A DNA stretch of 64,000 nt from Promethearchaeota archaeon (GTDB taxonomy: Archaea > Asgardarchaeota > Lokiarchaeia > Sigyniarchaeales > SOKP01), in contig JBHLNS010000006.1 in the NCBI GenBank assembly GCA_048941285.1, positions 32,001 through 96,000 of the forward strand. The letters are read 5' to 3'. The notes beneath the pieces were generated by a model. That model saw nothing but the letters and a program-made list of their open reading frames with translations. It did no database searches and was not told the origin of the DNA. The position numbers were made by a program, and so were the translations under genes. Shown here piece after piece: positions 59,988 to 64,000 of this stretch. Each line of letters opens with the position of its first letter. Positions within the stretch are counted from its first letter, which is position 1.

Positions 59988-61208
59988 ATGGAACTCGATA
60001 ATTTAGATAAAAATAAACGCAGAAATCTAATAACGCTAGCTATTACCAAATTGATTCATGGATTTGGTACAGGGTTATTTTCTGTAGTTTACCAATTATA
60101 TCTATTGGAACTCACCGGTTCAATAGTATTAACAGGATTATTCATATCTATAGGTTCAATAATGCAATTTATACCTATGCCATTAATTGGAAAATTATCT
60201 GATAAATTCAACCGAAAATATATCCTTATATCAAGTATTCCTATTTACATCTTAGGATTGTTCTTTTTAATATCAGCAACTTCGGCCAATTTACATTTTA
60301 TTATTTTTGGGATAATATTTTATTTCTTAGGTTTTATCACTAATAACTTAAACACCCAATTTTTAGTTGCTGAAAATACTAATAAATCCAAGGGATTAAA
60401 CTTTGGATTTATGTTTTTTTCTTATTTTGGTGGAACTATTGCGGGATCAATTTTCATAATTCTTGAAAAAGGCTTGAACTCTAGATTTTATTTCTCTATT
60501 TTTATATTAATATTAGTTATTGAAGGTATTTTCTACATAATTTTTCTATCTGCTCAAACCCACCACATCCAGACTTCAAAAATTCAAGGAAATAATAACC
60601 TAAAGAAGAAAGAGAATATTTGGGCCAAAATATTTAAAACAAAAACATTAAGATCCATTCTAATTTTCTTTACATTAGACATTTTCGTTTATAGTATTTC
60701 TCTTTCAATCTACTCTGGAGGATTATATAATTATTATAATCTTACCCCAGATGATGTAGCTTTCATAATATTATGGTTTAATATTACAAATGCAGTTTTC
60801 CAGATTCCTGCTGGACGTATTACGGATAAAATTGGTAATAAAAAGACTTTGATTTTGAGTCAATTCTTTGGGTTCGGATTTTTTTTAATGAATATTTTAT
60901 CTGTGATGCTTTGGACTATAGTATTTAAAAATACATTGATTCTTCTACTAAGTATAGGTTATATTTCATTAGCGTTATCCGTCTGTACGTTTATACCCGC
61001 CGAACAAATAATTTTAACTAACTTGGGAGAAAACCAAAAAGCAGAATCATATGGGGTAATTTCGTTCTTTAGAGGTATTGGGTTGATTCCAACAGGATTT
61101 TTAGGAGGATTAATGGTAGAAAATGTTCATTATATAGCTCCATTTATATTTAGCGTAATAGGATTAGCGGTTGAACTTTTATTCCTTGTTAAATTTTTTC
61201 ACGATTAA
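59988..61208 (+). CDS. MFS transporter
   Basis: GKLSDKFNRK and GRITDKIG.K motifs; about 12 TM helices. Confidence 0.9.
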   Translation: MELDNLDKNKRRNLITLAITKLIHGFGTGLFSVVYQLYLLELTGSIVLTGLFISIGSIMQFIPMPLIGKLSDKFNRKYILISSIPIYILGLFFLISATSANLHFIIFGIIFYFLGFITNNLNTQFLVAENTNKSKGLNFGFMFFSYFGGTIAGSIFIILEKGLNSRFYFSIFILILVIEGIFYIIFLSAQTHHIQTSKIQGNNNLKKKENIWAKIFKTKTLRSILIFFTLDIFVYSISLSIYSGGLYNYYNLTPDDVAFIILWFNITNAVFQIPAGRITDKIGNKKTLILSQFFGFGFFLMNILSVMLWTIVFKNTLILLLSIGYISLALSVCTFIPAEQIILTNLGENQKAESYGVISFFRGIGLIPTGFLGGLMVENVHYIAPFIFSVIGLAVELLFLVKFFHD

Positions 61209-61306
61209 GTAGTAATTGTTCAATAAAATGAAAAGAAATATAATTTTTAGATAATTCAATTCATTAATTTTCAAAAAAAAAATCAAAATTAAAGAATGGT
61301 GGAAAT

Positions 61307-62566
61307 ATGGGTAAATTAGCAAGAAAAGTTGCTATTGTTGGTGCGGGGATGAGTAAATTTGGACAGAATTTTCCCCTTAAACGTAATCCTGATATGTGGG
61401 TTGATGCTTGGATTGATGCTGTGAGTAAAGTAGATAATGGTATTGAACCAAAAGAGGTTGATGCATGTTATGTAGGTAATTACTCCTCAGATTTATTTAA
61501 TCACCAAGGACATTTAGGTCCCCAAATGGCTAATTTGGTAGGATTAACTCCGAAACCTGCGGCGAGATTTGAGGGGGCATGTGCTAGTAGCGGTGTAGCC
61601 TTTCGACAAGGAATATTAGCCATTGCATCGGGGATTCATGATATTGTAGCAATAAGTGGCGTCGAATGTATGACAGAAGTATCTACCACATTAGTGACGG
61701 ATACATTGGCAACTGCATCGGATAACTTATTCGAATATCCAGCAGGAGCTACTTTTCCAGGATTATATGCTGCGGTTGCATCAGCTCATTTTCATAAATA
61801 TGGGACTACTCATGATGATTTAAAGCGTATAGCTATAAAAAACCATGAAAATGGAAGTCAAAATCCTTATGCACAAATGCAACAAAGCTTAAAAGAGATA
61901 ATGGCAAGTAAGATCAAGAAACTTGAATCTCAAGGGAGAGATATACCTGAATGGAAAGATGAAATGGATTTTTTAAACAGTTCCGCAAATCCTATTATTG
62001 CCTCTCCATTAAGATTATTTGATTGTTCATTAGTTACTGATGGTGCAGCTTGTGTTTTCTTAGCAGCAGAAGAGGTCGCAAAGAAATATACTGACACTCC
62101 AATTTGGATAACTGGAACTGGACAGGGAAGTGCAGCACTTTCTTTACACGATAGAGATGAAATTACAGGATTTATAGCTGCTAGAGAAGCTGCTAGACAA
62201 GCATATGAAATGTCAGGTTTAAAACCAAAAGATATTCAAATTGCTGAAGTACATGATTGTTTTACTATCGCAGAACTCATTGCATTAGAAGACTTAGGGT
62301 TCTATGAAAAAGGTAAAGCAGCAGAAGCAATTAAAAATGGAGAGACAAAGAGAGACGGAATAAGACCAATTAACACTTCTGGAGGCTTAAAATCAAAAGG
62401 ACATCCTGTTGGTGCGACTGGAGCAGCTATGGCAGTTGAAATCTTTAAGCAAATGCGTGGAATTGCTGAGAGGAATAGACAGGTTAAATTTGATGTTGAA
62501 AGAGCATTAAGTCATAATTTGGGAGGTTCGGGAGCCACATGCGTGGTGACCATGTATGAAAAATAG
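61307..62566 (+). CDS. thiolase (archaeal / SCP-x type)
   Basis: EGACASS, EVHDCF, N.SGGL..KGHP.GATG, HNLGG. Confidence 0.93.
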   Translation: MGKLARKVAIVGAGMSKFGQNFPLKRNPDMWVDAWIDAVSKVDNGIEPKEVDACYVGNYSSDLFNHQGHLGPQMANLVGLTPKPAARFEGACASSGVAFRQGILAIASGIHDIVAISGVECMTEVSTTLVTDTLATASDNLFEYPAGATFPGLYAAVASAHFHKYGTTHDDLKRIAIKNHENGSQNPYAQMQQSLKEIMASKIKKLESQGRDIPEWKDEMDFLNSSANPIIASPLRLFDCSLVTDGAACVFLAAEEVAKKYTDTPIWITGTGQGSAALSLHDRDEITGFIAAREAARQAYEMSGLKPKDIQIAEVHDCFTIAELIALEDLGFYEKGKAAEAIKNGETKRDGIRPINTSGGLKSKGHPVGATGAAMAVEIFKQMRGIAERNRQVKFDVERALSHNLGGSGATCVVTMYEK

Positions 62567-62583
62567 AAAGGTGAAAAAAGAAA

Positions 62584-63006
62584 ATGTCAGAACAAAAAGA
62601 AATTACAATTCAAAATTATTTAGAATTTATCCAAAATAAAAAATTGATGGGTTCTAAATGTAAAAAGTGTGGTACTCTGGACGTACCTCCAAGAAAATTA
62701 TGCATAAAGTGCAACTCAACTAATATCGAATGGGTAGAAATGTCAGGCAAAGGTAAATTAGCTGCCTATTCTTGTATTGGTGTAGGAGCTACATTCATGG
62801 TCAAAAAAGGGTATTCAATGAAAAAACCATATTGCTTTTCGGTAATAGCACTTGATGAGGGTCCAATGATTTCAGGTCAATTAGTTGGCGTTGATGAAAC
62901 TAAACCAGAAGATATCAAAATAAATACGCCTGTAAAAGCTAGATTTTTAGAAACTGAATTGGAAGGAGGAGAAATAAGAATAGATCTTGGTTTTGAGCCA
63001 ATATAA
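62584..63006 (+). CDS. DUF35 zinc-ribbon/OB-fold protein (thiolase partner)
   Basis: CKKCG...PPR..C..C, SGKG, PY, L.EG. Confidence 0.92.
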   Translation: MSEQKEITIQNYLEFIQNKKLMGSKCKKCGTLDVPPRKLCIKCNSTNIEWVEMSGKGKLAAYSCIGVGATFMVKKGYSMKKPYCFSVIALDEGPMISGQLVGVDETKPEDIKINTPVKARFLETELEGGEIRIDLGFEPI

Positions 63007-63095
63007 AATCTAAATTATATTTATATTTTTATTTTTAATATTATATAAACAAGAAAAATAGCTTTAATATTTCTTTTATAACTTGGTGAATTTTT

Positions 63096-64000
63096 ATAAA
63101 AAAGAGAAATAGTATCATAATTTCAACTGTTTTATTATCAGTCCTTATCTTTTCTATTGTATATTTATTCCTTCCTCTAAATTATCTGAATATTCAGAAT
63201 TATGATATAGAATTACAATTTAATAGAGACAATGCTTATTCATATGTAGAAGACCAGTTAAACATAGGCTACCGTATCCCTGGAACCCAAGAGCGAGTGA
63301 ACTGTACTAATTATTTTATATCAAAATTTTTAGAGATAGATATTAACTTCAGTTATGCATTACATAACTTTTCAGTTTATTCTACTGATTGTCAGAATGC
63401 GTTATTCAAATTAAACGAACACGAAAATAACATCGTTATTCTAGGTGCTCATTATGATTCTCGAGCTAGAGCAACCAAAGATTTAATAAACACATCGGCA
63501 CCGGTCCCGGGGGCTAACGATGGAGCTAGTGGAAGTGCTGTTTTAATTGAATTAGCAAGAAATTTCTACATAATGAGAGAGAATTTGAGTTGTCAAATAT
63601 GGTTTGCTTTTTTTGATGCTGAAGACCAAGGGTATGATCTAGGACCGGGTATAAGTGGATGGGGATGGTGTGAAGGTTCTCAAAGTTTTGTTTCTGAAAT
63701 TAATAATTTTTATGATACTGAGACAGAAAGTTTTGAGTGTATGATATTACTTGATATGGTAGGTGGGTTAAATTTAAGATTTATTAATGAACAATATTCT
63801 ACTTCCTCATTGTTGGATGAGTTATTTGCTATCGGAAGGAGTTTAGGTTATTCAAACGAATTTCCAAAAAATGCAATCTCACAAGCAATTCTTGATGATC
63901 ATGTGGCTTTTAAGAACAATGATATCCCTTCTGCAGATTTAATTATCAAATTTTGGGATAGAAATCCAGATTGGCCTTACCATCATACCACTAAAGATAA
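63096..64000 (+). CDS. secreted M28 family peptidase / glutaminyl cyclase-like, 3'-truncated, not in the ORF track
   Basis: Hand translation gives the signal peptide (I)KKRNSIIISTVLL, then LGAHYDSR, PGANDGASG, FFDAEDQG, LLDMVG, DDH, YHHT. Confidence 0.88.
   Translation, partial: MKKRNSIIISTVLLSVLIFSIVYLFLPLNYLNIQNYDIELQFNRDNAYSYVEDQLNIGYRIPGTQERVNCTNYFISKFLEIDINFSYALHNFSVYSTDCQNALFKLNEHENNIVILGAHYDSRARATKDLINTSAPVPGANDGASGSAVLIELARNFYIMRENLSCQIWFAFFDAEDQGYDLGPGISGWGWCEGSQSFVSEINNFYDTETESFECMILLDMVGGLNLRFINEQYSTSSLLDELFAIGRSLGYSNEFPKNAISQAILDDHVAFKNNDIPSADLIIKFWDRNPDWPYHHTTKD

Noticed and set aside
61307-63006. Thiolase-DUF35 pair as an Ltp2-type aldolase or a novel system
   Set aside because: The catalytic Cys (EGAC) and the HDCF/GHP motifs are intact, and this pairing is common in archaea
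1-64000. Selenocysteine recoding / SECIS elements, which are known in Lokiarchaeia
   Set aside because: No TGA was found at a conserved Cys position interrupting a gene. The TGA stops seen are ordinary gene ends, often overlapping the next RBS
1-64000. CRISPR arrays, tRNA/rRNA, transposases or integrases
   Set aside because: No regularly spaced direct repeats, cloverleaf-like GC-rich segments or transposase/integrase motifs were seen by eye

Overview
AT-rich (roughly 30% GC by eye) archaeal chromosomal segment, most consistent with an Asgard archaeon (Lokiarchaeia/Promethearchaeota). This assignment is an inference from the GGTGA/GGAGG ribosome-binding sites, TATA/BRE promoters, a Roadblock-like protein and the gene families present. 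It is dominated by anaerobic acyl-CoA and lipid metabolism: MaoC, AOR, PanE-like reductase, 2-hydroxyacyl-CoA dehydratase plus activator, Bcd-EtfAB, a B12 acyl-CoA mutase with MeaB, GlcD/GlcF pairs, a class I CoA-transferase-fold pair, thiolase-DUF35 and CobO. It also carries transporters (ArsB/NhaD, CorA, two MscS, two MFS) and surface proteins. No rRNA, tRNA, CRISPR array or IS element was seen. The most notable observations are: (1) a 20.8-25.9 kb locus with a Roadblock-coiled-coil fusion, two paralogous BAR/PspA-sized helical proteins, an unannotated hyper-acidic microprotein and an RHH regulator with a perfect palindrome; (2) a MurL-like PP-loop + ATP-grasp + GNAT + PLP-enzyme + MFS cluster behind a structured RNA leader; (3) repeated evidence for ATA/ATT start codons; (4) a CoA-transferase-fold pair and an acyl-CoA mutase with non-canonical active sites; (5) a candidate sRNA with an anti-Shine-Dalgarno loop. 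All family calls come from motif recognition by eye, not database searches.
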